Shown here: positions 19,346 through 28,546 of the stretch, piece by piece
Layout: the number at the start of each line of letters is the position of its first letter
Position numbering within the stretch: position 1 is the stretch's first letter
Assembly: GCA_016204145.1 (NCBI GenBank)
Contig: JACQLK010000022.1
Span: 1-49,247 of the forward strand
DNA length: 49,247 bases
From: Candidatus Pacearchaeota archaeon
GTDB lineage: Archaea > Nanobdellota > Nanobdellia > Pacearchaeales > GW2011-AR1
Direction: 5' to 3'
The notes under the pieces: model-generated
The model's database searches: none
What the model was told of the DNA's origin: nothing
What the model saw: the letters and a program-made list of their open reading frames with translations, nothing else
Translations under genes and position numbers: made by a program

Positions 19346-22300
19346 ATGAAAATTTTTAATTTTGCATGGATTTTTTTATTTGTAATAATCTTCGCGGGAT
19401 TTGCAAGCGCGGATTATTTTCTTTCAAGTCCTCAAATCACAATGCCCGGAAGCGCGTTCAATTACGGCGGAAATCTTCCTCTCGGTCCGGCGTTCAATTC
19501 AAATTCATGCGGCGCGGGGCAGGATTTCATAATTCAAGTCGCGCCGTTCGGATGTTCTCCAAGCGTTGTGAGAAGCGATTTGCTTGAAGAGCAGAATGTT
19601 CCCGTTTTCTGCCAATTGATGGCGACAAAGTTAAATCCCTTGATTAACGTGCAGTCGATTGATTCAATTTCTTTCACAGGAAATTATCCCAATGAAGTTG
19701 CAGGAATAGGATTTAATCCGGCAAGAGCGGCATTGAGTTCAGCAGGACAGACATTTTTGAATTCTCCCGTGACAAACAACATCGGCTATGCCGTGATTGT
19801 CTTGAAACAGCAGCAAAACGAATCGTCAATGCCCGAATTTGTTTCAGGAAACCTCACGGCAAACATAAGATACAACATACAAAACGCGTTCGGCGTCGGA
19901 GCGGCGAATTATTTTGTTCCGGAATTGACAGAGGAAGAATGGGCGCAGAGATACGCGCAATACGGTTTCATGAACGGAAGGGGTTTTGTGAAAGCGGACA
20001 ACGTAAACGCGGACAGCGCGACAATTTCGCTTTATCTCGACAAAACAAATCGTCTTTCAACATTTAATTTGAGAAAAGGGGAAACATCCGGAGACGCTTA
20101 TCTTCCCGGATTTTATTGCGCCGCTTCGCTGAATGTGAGATTGGAAGGGGTTGAAAATCCCAATACAAGAGCGAGAATTGAAATCAACGGGGAAATAATT
20201 CAGGCGGGAGTCGGAGAGAGATTTCTTAATAATGCGTGCGTTGTTTCATCACCGCCGCAAAAAAGAGGAATGAGCGAGAGCGTTGATATCTCTTGCAGAA
20301 CAGACAGCGGAAACGAAAGAATCAATTTGATTATCGCGCCGAGGATAAAATTAAACGTCGATAATACCGAGAAGGCGTTCGGCGTCGGAGATTACATCGG
20401 AGAGGCGGCTGACAAAAAAAGCATTTATCTCGGATACATCGGAACAAAAGGCGACAGCAGAGACAAAAAGGACTTGTTTGTTTATTTTATTTCAATGCCG
20501 CAGAGAAAAGACAAATTGTCAAACGATGAAATTTCCAGAACAAATACAATTGTAAATTTGATAAGATACAATAAAATCACGACGATTGGCGTCATAGATG
20601 TTCCGCTTAACGCTTTCAAGAATTTTGCAGGAGCGTCAAATCTTGTTTATGAATTTTTCAAGGGGAACGAGTTTGTTTATCTTACTTCCTCGGAAAACGA
20701 GTTTTCCTTTGGCGGAAAAAAAATAAAACTCGTTGATTTCGTCGACGGGCAGGATATTAATTTCCCGGACGCGCAAACATCCGAGAACTACAAAAAAGCG
20801 ATGAGCGATTACAGGGAAATAATAAACAAATATCCCGGCGAGAAAGAGCCGAACAGCCAGGAGGCGTTTGGCAAACTTGCTTTAATCGAGGCGATAAAAC
20901 TTGCAAGTTCTGTTGAGCAGAAGAAAACATTGAGAGAATTGTGCGACGAATTCAGCCAAAAATATCCCGACGCAAAAGCAGAAGCTGTTAATCATTGCGA
21001 CTCTGTGAGAATTTCAAGTTCGGAATCCGCGACGCGCAAATTGCTCATCAACGGAAACGTAAAAGAAATTTCTTTTGACGGAATTTATCAGCCGTCTTTG
21101 GAAGAGTACAGCGCGGAGGTAAAAGTCACTTATCCCGACGGAAGAACCTCGGATATTTTCACGCTGACAAAAGACCAGACAATTATCCTAAATGAAACCA
21201 AAAACGAGTACGTTCAGCTTGTTTCATTGAGCGACAATTACGCGACAATTCAAATAAATCTTGTTCCGACGACAATAAGCGAGGCGTATACCGCTCCTTT
21301 TATCGCAAGCGTTAAAAACATCAACAAGGGAATTCAGGAAACGTTCGGAAGCGGCTACACGTTTACTCTTACGCAGATTAACCTGAAAAAGGTCGCGAAG
21401 GTTTCAATAATTCCCAACATAAAAAATTCCGGGACAACCGGGAATTTCAGCTTTACGGTAGGGATTGAAAAAAGAGCGATACAACTTACCCCTGATCAAA
21501 TTAGAGAGAGAATCCAATCGCTTAACGAATCAATTTCAGAATGGCAGGGAACTTCGGAGAAAGTCGGACAGGTTGTCAAAGGGTTTAATGCCGCATGCCT
21601 TGCCGTCGGAACCGCAATCACAGTGAAAAATCTTTTCCAAGGATTTGACGGAAAGGCGATTGCAAGACAAGAGGTAATGAGAAGCCCCGGGGGATGGATT
21701 GATTCCTGCACGCAAAAAGTAAATGAAAAACAATTCAGCACCGTTGATTCTTGTTTGCTGAAATATTCAGACGATATCGAAAAGGACGTGGGAATTGTCG
21801 AGGGAATAATAAAAAATCAAAAGCCGATAACAAATGAAAATGCGAATATTCGTTTAGCGGAAATAAGAAATTCGCTCGGAGATAAAATAGAAAATCCCAA
21901 TAAAAAAGGAGAATTCATCGAGCTTTCGGAGAATTCCGACGCGGGAGAGGCGTTTACAAACGAGGGAATAAAAAACGGAAGAATCACTTTGAGTCAGGCA
22001 AGGGATTTGGAGCGCCTTAATTCGGAGTTGAATTCCGCAGCGAGCCAGCAGGATAAAGAACTTGCGCAAAGAAAAATTTATTCAATTCTTTCGCAGATAA
22101 AAGCGAATTCAGAACAGCTTTCGTTGTACAATTCAATTCAGAGCGAATTAAATAAAGCAAACATCGGGGAGATAGGCGTTGTCGCTTACGGCGGAAAAAA
22201 CGCGATTGAAGGAAGTTATACCGGCGGGATAATAAAAGGAGACAAAATAATCGGCGCGGGAATTTCCGACGGCAAAGATTATCCCGCGCAAGTTGTTGTT

Positions 22301-25300
22301 TACAACAACAAAAAATATCTTTTGACATTGCAGGGCGCGGGTTCTTCTTATGCCATAAACAAGGTTTATCAATACGACGGAGCCGATTCAAATAGAATTT
22401 ATATCAAGCCGGTTGAGCCGGGGGAAGAAAATACAATAAGGGGCGCGTTTTCAAAATTCACAAGATACGATTTAGGATCTTATCAAAATAATTTCATAAA
22501 TCCAAGAGTAAGATATTTTGAAACAGAGCCGTACAAAGGACTGCCCGCAATTGTTCCTTTTGATACGAAAGCCGGATGGTATGTCGCGACAAAGCAAATC
22601 GTCGGCGGGCTTGCGGGAAGCGTTTCAGGGCAGGGAGGAATACGGGCTTATGATGATTCCGGACGACTGACAAGTTTTTATTTGTGCAACGTCGGACAAA
22701 ACGGAAGGGAAGAGTTCAATTCAAATCTCGGCGACGACGTTTGCAGAAGTTTTAATCCGGGTGTTTCGCAACTTCAGGGAACTTTCCAGGGTTTGAGCGA
22801 GAGCGACACAAATCGGATAATGTCCCGTGCTGTGCAGGCGGTGCAGGAAGCATCGACGCAATACAAACCGAGTTTGAGCGCGAGCGGGACGGTAAAAGTG
22901 CTGAATGAATTCATTCCCGTCGGGGAGCCGTCGATAAACACGCCGGACATTCAATGCCAGGATTTTATGTCTCCGAAAGAATGCAATATTTTATTCAATG
23001 TTTGCGATCCTGTTGTTTGTCCCGCGAGCAGATGCAATCTCGGCGGAGCATATAATGTTCCGGATGTAATTCAGTCGGGAATAATCGGAAGCGTTGCATT
23101 ATGTTTGCCAAATGCGAGAGAAAACATCGCGGTCCCAATTTGTCTTTCAGGAGTGAAGGCGGGAATAGACAGTTTTGTTTCCGTGGAGAAAAATTATCGG
23201 GATTGTTTGCAGACAAATCTCGACACGGGGAAGACGGTGGGAATTTGCGACCAGATACACAGCGTTTATCTCTGCGATTTCTTTTGGAGTCAGGCGCAGC
23301 CGATGGCGAAAGTAATTGTTCCAAAAATATTTGAAAAAATTCTCGGGCAAACGGGAAGGGGCGGCGGAGAATATTTGGGAGTTGCAAGCGCATGGGAAAA
23401 TGCGGGAAGGTCGATTGATTACATGACGCAATATTACGGCGCGGCGTCGTTCGAGGCGTTCAGGACGGGAATAATAAAAGAAGTCGGAAACGCTGTTTGC
23501 AGAAATTTTGTATCTGCGGCTTATCCTTCGAACATGAAATTTTTTGATTCATTGATAGAACCACAGTCGCCGCCGCAATATACCGCGTGGTTTTCAGAGC
23601 AGGCATACGCGACGTCGACAAATCCTCCGACTTCAAGATATAAAGTATTTTATCATATTTACGCGGGAGAAAACACAGGACAGGCGGGAAAAAATGCCGG
23701 AGCGTTTTACAGCGTTTATTTGAAATCGCCGAGCGGAAGTTCGTTTTACCAGTATTCTCCGACGCTGAATGTCGCCTCGGGATTTATTTCTCCGGCGGAC
23801 TATGCGTCAGAGACAAAGGATTTCACAGCTCCTTCGGGATACAAGGAACTTTGCATAAACGTGAACGGACAGGAGAATTGCGGATTCAATCAGGTCTCAA
23901 CCGACTTTGGACTGAAATATCTTCAGGACTCGTATGCGCAGAGCCAAATAAATCAGACGAGCATTCAATCGGAAAAGGATTGCGTTTCGGGAACTCCGTT
24001 TAATTTGTATTCCCTTGCAAATCCAAACATTCAGGAAGGAGCGACTCAATTTGTAGACCCTGCAATTTACAATCAGCAAATCGTCCGCGTTTGCTCTACC
24101 GAGAATCCCGGGAAAGGAACCGATCCGCATTCGGGAACAGAGAACAGCAGATGGATTCCCGTCGGAAATTGCGAGCCAACGGGAAAGTTGAAATGTTATC
24201 TCGATACAAAGAGCATCGGCAGCGCGATACAAGGCGCGGGCTTGAGGAACGAAACGCTTCAAGAACTTTCGAGATATTATTCAACGCAATTGCAAAATCA
24301 GACGCAGTTTGATTTCAATTCCGAATTGGAAAAAATAATCAAACTTGACAACAGCGGAAAAATAAGCCACATCACTCCGAGTTTGATTTCAAAAGCTATT
24401 CTCAACTTTCAGAAAGCAAAGTTCCTTTTGCTCAGGGGAAACGCCTACGGAGAAATTGCAAAGGGATTGTTTGAGAAATTGAAATTGACCACAACGCCGA
24501 GCGGAACGACGGCAGCAGAAGGAGTTATTTGCACGCCTGCTCCAGGAATAACTACAACAACTCCTTCAACGTCGGGAACGGGAATATTTAACATTCAAAA
24601 CATTGCATACGAATATCCGGTTTTAACTTTAAATAATCCCGGGTTTTTCGGAGGAAAAGATTATTATTTCAAATATTCAAATCAAAACAAAAATTGGGAT
24701 TGGTATTGGTCAAATGACAACTCGCAATGGACTGTCGTTGACAGTGATAATCTGCCCGAAAGAGGAAGCACATTAAGAGGGTTGGATGTAGACCTTATTG
24801 TAAATTTAAGGGGAGTTTCTTATGATGATGGAGTTGTAAATATAATTTCCACTGCGAAGAGTTTGCAAAACGATTTGTCAACGGAAAATGTCAAATTTTC
24901 AAACAGTGACAATTTATTCACGGTTTCCCAGAAAGAAAGCGGATTGCCAAGCAGCATTTATCTGAAATATGAAAATAGCAAATGGTTTTGGACATACAGT
25001 TCAACACAAAACGACTTGATTGATTTGTCCGACTTCACAAATTCCAAACTTAGCGTTGTGACAAATTACAACAAGCAAATATTTGCAAGCATTGCTGGAA
25101 AAAGTTATGAGGAAGGAGTCAAGATGATTTTCAGCATTGATGTCAAGGAGAAAATTATTTCAACAACCAGTGAAAGTTTGCCGAGCAATTCTGAACTGTC
25201 GAAAATTCCGGACAGCGGAGTTATTTGCACGCCTGTTCCAGGAACAACTACAACAACTCCTTCAACTTCGGGAACGGGAACATTCAATATTCAAAATATT

Positions 25301-26731
25301 GCATATGAATATCCGATTTTAACTTTAAACAATCCCGGATTTTTTGGAGGACTGACGCAAAAAACATATTACTTCAAATATTCAAATCAGAACAACAACT
25401 GGGCGTGGTATTGGTCAAATGACAATTCGCAATGGACTTCTGTTGACAGCAGTAATTTACCGACGAGAGCCAGCAATTTAAGAGGATTGGATACGGATCT
25501 TATCACAAACTTAAGGGGGGTTTCTTACGAGGACGGAGTTGCACAAATAATTTCAACGGCAAACAGTTTGCAAAATGATTTGTCAACAGAAAATGTCAAA
25601 TTTTCATATAGTGATAATTTATTTACAATTAATCAAAAAGAAGGCGGACTACCAAACAGCATTTATCTGAAATATGAAAACAGCAAATGGTTCTGGACAT
25701 ACAGTTCAACGCAAAACGACTGGATTGATTTGTCAGATTTCGCGAATTCAAAATTGAGCGTCGTGACAAATTATAACAAACAAATATTTGCAAGCATTGC
25801 CGGAAAGAATTTTAGAGACGGAGTAAAAATTATTTTCAGCATTGACGTAAAACAAAAAATAGTTGGAGCTAGCGGCGCTTCTGGAAGTCAGAAGTTAAGC
25901 AACTTGAATCTCGGAACTTGCACAACACGACAAGAATGCCAGAAAGCAATCGGCAACGGAATAATAAAAATCGCAAGAGATGTAAAAAACGCGGCGAACA
26001 TTCCCGATATTGATTCAACAATAAAAGCAGAAGGAGTCGCGGAAAATTTTGAATGTCTTGTACTGCAAATAGCAATGCAGGAAAGTTCGCTGCAGCATTG
26101 CCAAAATATTCAGCAAAATTTGGACCCTGTTTACTGCGACGGAGCCAAGGACAAAGTAAAAACGTTGAGCACTGCAAATGAAAATAGTTTTGGGGTTATG
26201 CAAATTAACACAAATGTTCATGCGGTTCCCGCGCAATATTTTGAAGAAGGGGTTTATTATGCTTCTTATAATATTTTTATTAAAAGCTATCTTGCCTATG
26301 GGCAGGAAGGAATGGCATTTAGACCGACTGGGACGACTTATTCAGGATGGAAAGCCGCGATAAGAAGTTACAATGGATGGGGTTACGGCGGAGATAATAA
26401 TTATGTTGAAAAAATAACAACAGATAGAAAACTTGAAATTCAGCAAATGTTTTCAGACGTTTGCGGCGGCTCAAATGTTGCGCCGATAAAAACTTTCCCG
26501 CAAGTTCCCGCGCCTTGGAGCGTTCAATCCGCGCTTGATTCCATTCAAACAAAGACGGGAAAATATTCAAATAATAAAGAATTCATAGACCAATTGTATC
26601 AGGACGGGATTTTGACGCAACCGGAATATATTGAAATCAGCGGCGACGGGTTTTTTAATCTGGAGGAGGACATGAATTACGTGAAAAATATTTTGCAGAA
26701 TAAGTTGGTTGAGCAGAGGAAAGGAACTTAA
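19346..26731 (+). CDS. Giant secreted Cys-rich protein (2461 aa) with internal duplication and C-terminal lytic transglycosylase (SLT/lysozyme-like) domain
   Basis: Signal peptide; Cys-rich core; IAMQES, SFGVMQIN, AIRSYNG, YVEKI motifs at ~26050-26420. Confidence 0.75.
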   Translation: MKIFNFAWIFLFVIIFAGFASADYFLSSPQITMPGSAFNYGGNLPLGPAFNSNSCGAGQDFIIQVAPFGCSPSVVRSDLLEEQNVPVFCQLMATKLNPLINVQSIDSISFTGNYPNEVAGIGFNPARAALSSAGQTFLNSPVTNNIGYAVIVLKQQQNESSMPEFVSGNLTANIRYNIQNAFGVGAANYFVPELTEEEWAQRYAQYGFMNGRGFVKADNVNADSATISLYLDKTNRLSTFNLRKGETSGDAYLPGFYCAASLNVRLEGVENPNTRARIEINGEIIQAGVGERFLNNACVVSSPPQKRGMSESVDISCRTDSGNERINLIIAPRIKLNVDNTEKAFGVGDYIGEAADKKSIYLGYIGTKGDSRDKKDLFVYFISMPQRKDKLSNDEISRTNTIVNLIRYNKITTIGVIDVPLNAFKNFAGASNLVYEFFKGNEFVYLTSSENEFSFGGKKIKLVDFVDGQDINFPDAQTSENYKKAMSDYREIINKYPGEKEPNSQEAFGKLALIEAIKLASSVEQKKTLRELCDEFSQKYPDAKAEAVNHCDSVRISSSESATRKLLINGNVKEISFDGIYQPSLEEYSAEVKVTYPDGRTSDIFTLTKDQTIILNETKNEYVQLVSLSDNYATIQINLVPTTISEAYTAPFIASVKNINKGIQETFGSGYTFTLTQINLKKVAKVSIIPNIKNSGTTGNFSFTVGIEKRAIQLTPDQIRERIQSLNESISEWQGTSEKVGQVVKGFNAACLAVGTAITVKNLFQGFDGKAIARQEVMRSPGGWIDSCTQKVNEKQFSTVDSCLLKYSDDIEKDVGIVEGIIKNQKPITNENANIRLAEIRNSLGDKIENPNKKGEFIELSENSDAGEAFTNEGIKNGRITLSQARDLERLNSELNSAASQQDKELAQRKIYSILSQIKANSEQLSLYNSIQSELNKANIGEIGVVAYGGKNAIEGSYTGGIIKGDKIIGAGISDGKDYPAQVVVYNNKKYLLTLQGAGSSYAINKVYQYDGADSNRIYIKPVEPGEENTIRGAFSKFTRYDLGSYQNNFINPRVRYFETEPYKGLPAIVPFDTKAGWYVATKQIVGGLAGSVSGQGGIRAYDDSGRLTSFYLCNVGQNGREEFNSNLGDDVCRSFNPGVSQLQGTFQGLSESDTNRIMSRAVQAVQEASTQYKPSLSASGTVKVLNEFIPVGEPSINTPDIQCQDFMSPKECNILFNVCDPVVCPASRCNLGGAYNVPDVIQSGIIGSVALCLPNARENIAVPICLSGVKAGIDSFVSVEKNYRDCLQTNLDTGKTVGICDQIHSVYLCDFFWSQAQPMAKVIVPKIFEKILGQTGRGGGEYLGVASAWENAGRSIDYMTQYYGAASFEAFRTGIIKEVGNAVCRNFVSAAYPSNMKFFDSLIEPQSPPQYTAWFSEQAYATSTNPPTSRYKVFYHIYAGENTGQAGKNAGAFYSVYLKSPSGSSFYQYSPTLNVASGFISPADYASETKDFTAPSGYKELCINVNGQENCGFNQVSTDFGLKYLQDSYAQSQINQTSIQSEKDCVSGTPFNLYSLANPNIQEGATQFVDPAIYNQQIVRVCSTENPGKGTDPHSGTENSRWIPVGNCEPTGKLKCYLDTKSIGSAIQGAGLRNETLQELSRYYSTQLQNQTQFDFNSELEKIIKLDNSGKISHITPSLISKAILNFQKAKFLLLRGNAYGEIAKGLFEKLKLTTTPSGTTAAEGVICTPAPGITTTTPSTSGTGIFNIQNIAYEYPVLTLNNPGFFGGKDYYFKYSNQNKNWDWYWSNDNSQWTVVDSDNLPERGSTLRGLDVDLIVNLRGVSYDDGVVNIISTAKSLQNDLSTENVKFSNSDNLFTVSQKESGLPSSIYLKYENSKWFWTYSSTQNDLIDLSDFTNSKLSVVTNYNKQIFASIAGKSYEEGVKMIFSIDVKEKIISTTSESLPSNSELSKIPDSGVICTPVPGTTTTTPSTSGTGTFNIQNIAYEYPILTLNNPGFFGGLTQKTYYFKYSNQNNNWAWYWSNDNSQWTSVDSSNLPTRASNLRGLDTDLITNLRGVSYEDGVAQIISTANSLQNDLSTENVKFSYSDNLFTINQKEGGLPNSIYLKYENSKWFWTYSSTQNDWIDLSDFANSKLSVVTNYNKQIFASIAGKNFRDGVKIIFSIDVKQKIVGASGASGSQKLSNLNLGTCTTRQECQKAIGNGIIKIARDVKNAANIPDIDSTIKAEGVAENFECLVLQIAMQESSLQHCQNIQQNLDPVYCDGAKDKVKTLSTANENSFGVMQINTNVHAVPAQYFEEGVYYASYNIFIKSYLAYGQEGMAFRPTGTTYSGWKAAIRSYNGWGYGGDNNYVEKITTDRKLEIQQMFSDVCGGSNVAPIKTFPQVPAPWSVQSALDSIQTKTGKYSNNKEFIDQLYQDGILTQPEYIEISGDGFFNLEEDMNYVKNILQNKLVEQRKGT
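24521..25860 (+). repeat. Intragenic tandem duplication, period 696 nt (232 aa)
   Basis: GVICTP.PG.TTTTPSTSGTG begins at 24521 and 25217; both copies end in IFSIDVK.KI. Confidence 0.95.
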
Positions 26732-26931
26732 GTGCGGATATTTTGGAACTAGAATGCGCGGTTTTTTCATATTGTTGAGTTTTGCCCGCCAACTGATAAA
26801 TAAATTTAACTAATAATTAAATTCAAAATAGATTTATCCCGGTTTTTATCAAAGGGCATTAACGGAACTGAGTTCATAAAAAGTTATTATTTTAAAAATT
26901 GGACAAATTTACGCAGATATTTTAAGAAGAA

Positions 26932-27687
26932 TTATTGGCTTTTGTAACCCAAATATTTTTTTGCTTCTTCTTCGCTTAGGAATTTCAATCTTTTGATTTT
27001 GTTTTGTTTTTTATCTCTGTCAACGAACGAGGCATTGCCTGTTTTATTGTCAATTATTAATTTGGTTCTTGTATCAATAAGAACAACGGGCAGATATTTT
27101 GGAGAGTTGCTTCCTGTTTCTGGCGTTGAAATCGGTTCAACTACTTCCGCTGCCGGAAATACAAAATAAAAATGATTATCTCCTGGAAGCTGCATCCTAT
27201 TGTCCCTGAAAAGCTCGTTCAAATCATAACTTTTGCGAACCTCTTTTCCGAGGCCTAGAACGCTTGTTTTTTCTTTGGATTCCGGTTCCGGAAGGTCTAA
27301 TTTATTTTTTAAAGTGATTTTTGCCTCTTGATTTTTTTCTGCAGCAGGAACAAGAAAGTATAATCCTTCTTTATCGCCTCTTTGTTCGTTGGATTTTACC
27401 GAGGGAACTTGTTTGCACGAGGGATCTATCTCCATTCTGGAATGGTCTCTTCTATAAAATCCGTGTTCTATCTCGCCCTTTTTTGACGGAAATCCCAAGT
27501 GATACAATCCAATGTCTTCAATGCTTATGCTTTCAACAGAATAAGTTTTGCAGTTTTTTTCAACAGCGTCATTGCCGATTTCAACTCCGGGAGTTGCGCC
27601 TCTGAAATAATTTGCGCAGCCCGATGCGCCAAGAGCAAGCACTCCGGCAGCAACCAAAGACACCAAGCCGTTCCTTGTTTTATTCAT
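26932..27687 (-). CDS. Putative lipoprotein
   Basis: Signal peptide ending in lipobox-like LGASGC. Confidence 0.65.
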   Translation of the reverse strand: MNKTRNGLVSLVAAGVLALGASGCANYFRGATPGVEIGNDAVEKNCKTYSVESISIEDIGLYHLGFPSKKGEIEHGFYRRDHSRMEIDPSCKQVPSVKSNEQRGDKEGLYFLVPAAEKNQEAKITLKNKLDLPEPESKEKTSVLGLGKEVRKSYDLNELFRDNRMQLPGDNHFYFVFPAAEVVEPISTPETGSNSPKYLPVVLIDTRTKLIIDNKTGNASFVDRDKKQNKIKRLKFLSEEEAKKYLGYKSQ

Positions 27688-27899
27688 GAAAAATGAGAAG
27701 AAATATTATTTATAAATCTTTATATTTTGTAGTAATTATGAAGTTATGACAAAGCGAGACAACCTACGGTTTTCTTCGCTTAACTTTCCCTTGAAAAACC
27801 AAAATTCATTCTTATCAAGCGATTACGCATACGCATCGCGAGGCGCGGAAAAGAAAACCCCTTCCTTAAAATACTTGCGGTTTTCTTTAACTTACAACC

Positions 27900-28078
27900 C
27901 CGCTCGTTTTAAATTTCACAAACTCATTCCTTCGCAGAAATCTCTCAAAGGAAAGCAAAATTTAACAGCAAACAAATTTCTTTCCCACCCGCCCGCCCTA
28001 GAAAACAAATGTTAACCGACGACAAACTCTATTAATGCTTATAATTGGAATTTACATTAACATTTTTCAGAGAATTTT
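27900..28078 (+). repeat. Intergenic repeat, module D plus core with G4-type tract
   Basis: First ~90 bp nearly identical to 29773-29862; CCCACCCGCCCGCCC at 27984-27998; AAATGTTAAC...ATTAACATTT inverted ends. Confidence 0.85.
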
Positions 28079-28155
28079 CACGCAAAATTATTTGCTTTGA
28101 TACGATGACTCGAATTAAAAATTCTTGTTCCGCATTTTTTCACTTCGCTCAAAAA

Positions 28156-28239
28156 TGCGGGTAGAAGGGATCGAACCTTCGCAAGCACTAAGCTACTGGA
28201 GCCTTAATCCAGCCCGTTTGACCACTCCGGCATACCCGC
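28156..28239 (-). tRNA. tRNA-Leu(AAG)
   Basis: GCGGGTA acceptor, long variable arm, discriminator A; anticodon arm CTGGA-TTAAGGC-TCCAG gives AAG (28203-28205). Confidence 0.88.
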
Positions 28240-28546
28240 ATGAGGAGAACCACGATTCTCCTTACACTAACTTCTCCTTTCAAAAAAGAAGCAACGTGTA
28301 GAATATTTAAACTTTCAGTTTTGCACTCGCTGCCGTTCGCGGAATTGATGCTGTTTCATATCGGGCTTCGCCACGATATTCCACTTAAATTATTTTAATG
28401 CATAAAAAATCTTTATTGACGATTAATAGTTGATTGAGTTGATAAAGTTCGGTTTGACAGTTAACCTTTGATTTTTTGATGGATAATTTATTTTTAGAAA
28501 TGTTTGGGATTATTCTTTAAAAATATTATTACAAAAACATTCAGAA

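Noticed and set aside
24521-25860. Duplication as a DGR template/variable repeat pair
   Set aside because: Differences I checked are not adenine-specific (C/T, G/T), both copies are in-frame coding, and no reverse transcriptase is in the window; the same applies to 40106-42584.
27746-28015. Short ORFs in intergenic gaps (also 10737-10943, 15332-15565, 16769-16996, 46317-46514)
   Set aside because: They overlap repeat copies and reading frames are not preserved between copies.
28201-28207. Reading the tRNA-Leu anticodon as TAA
   Set aside because: The perfect CTGGA/TCCAG stem fixes a 7-nt loop whose central triplet is AAG.
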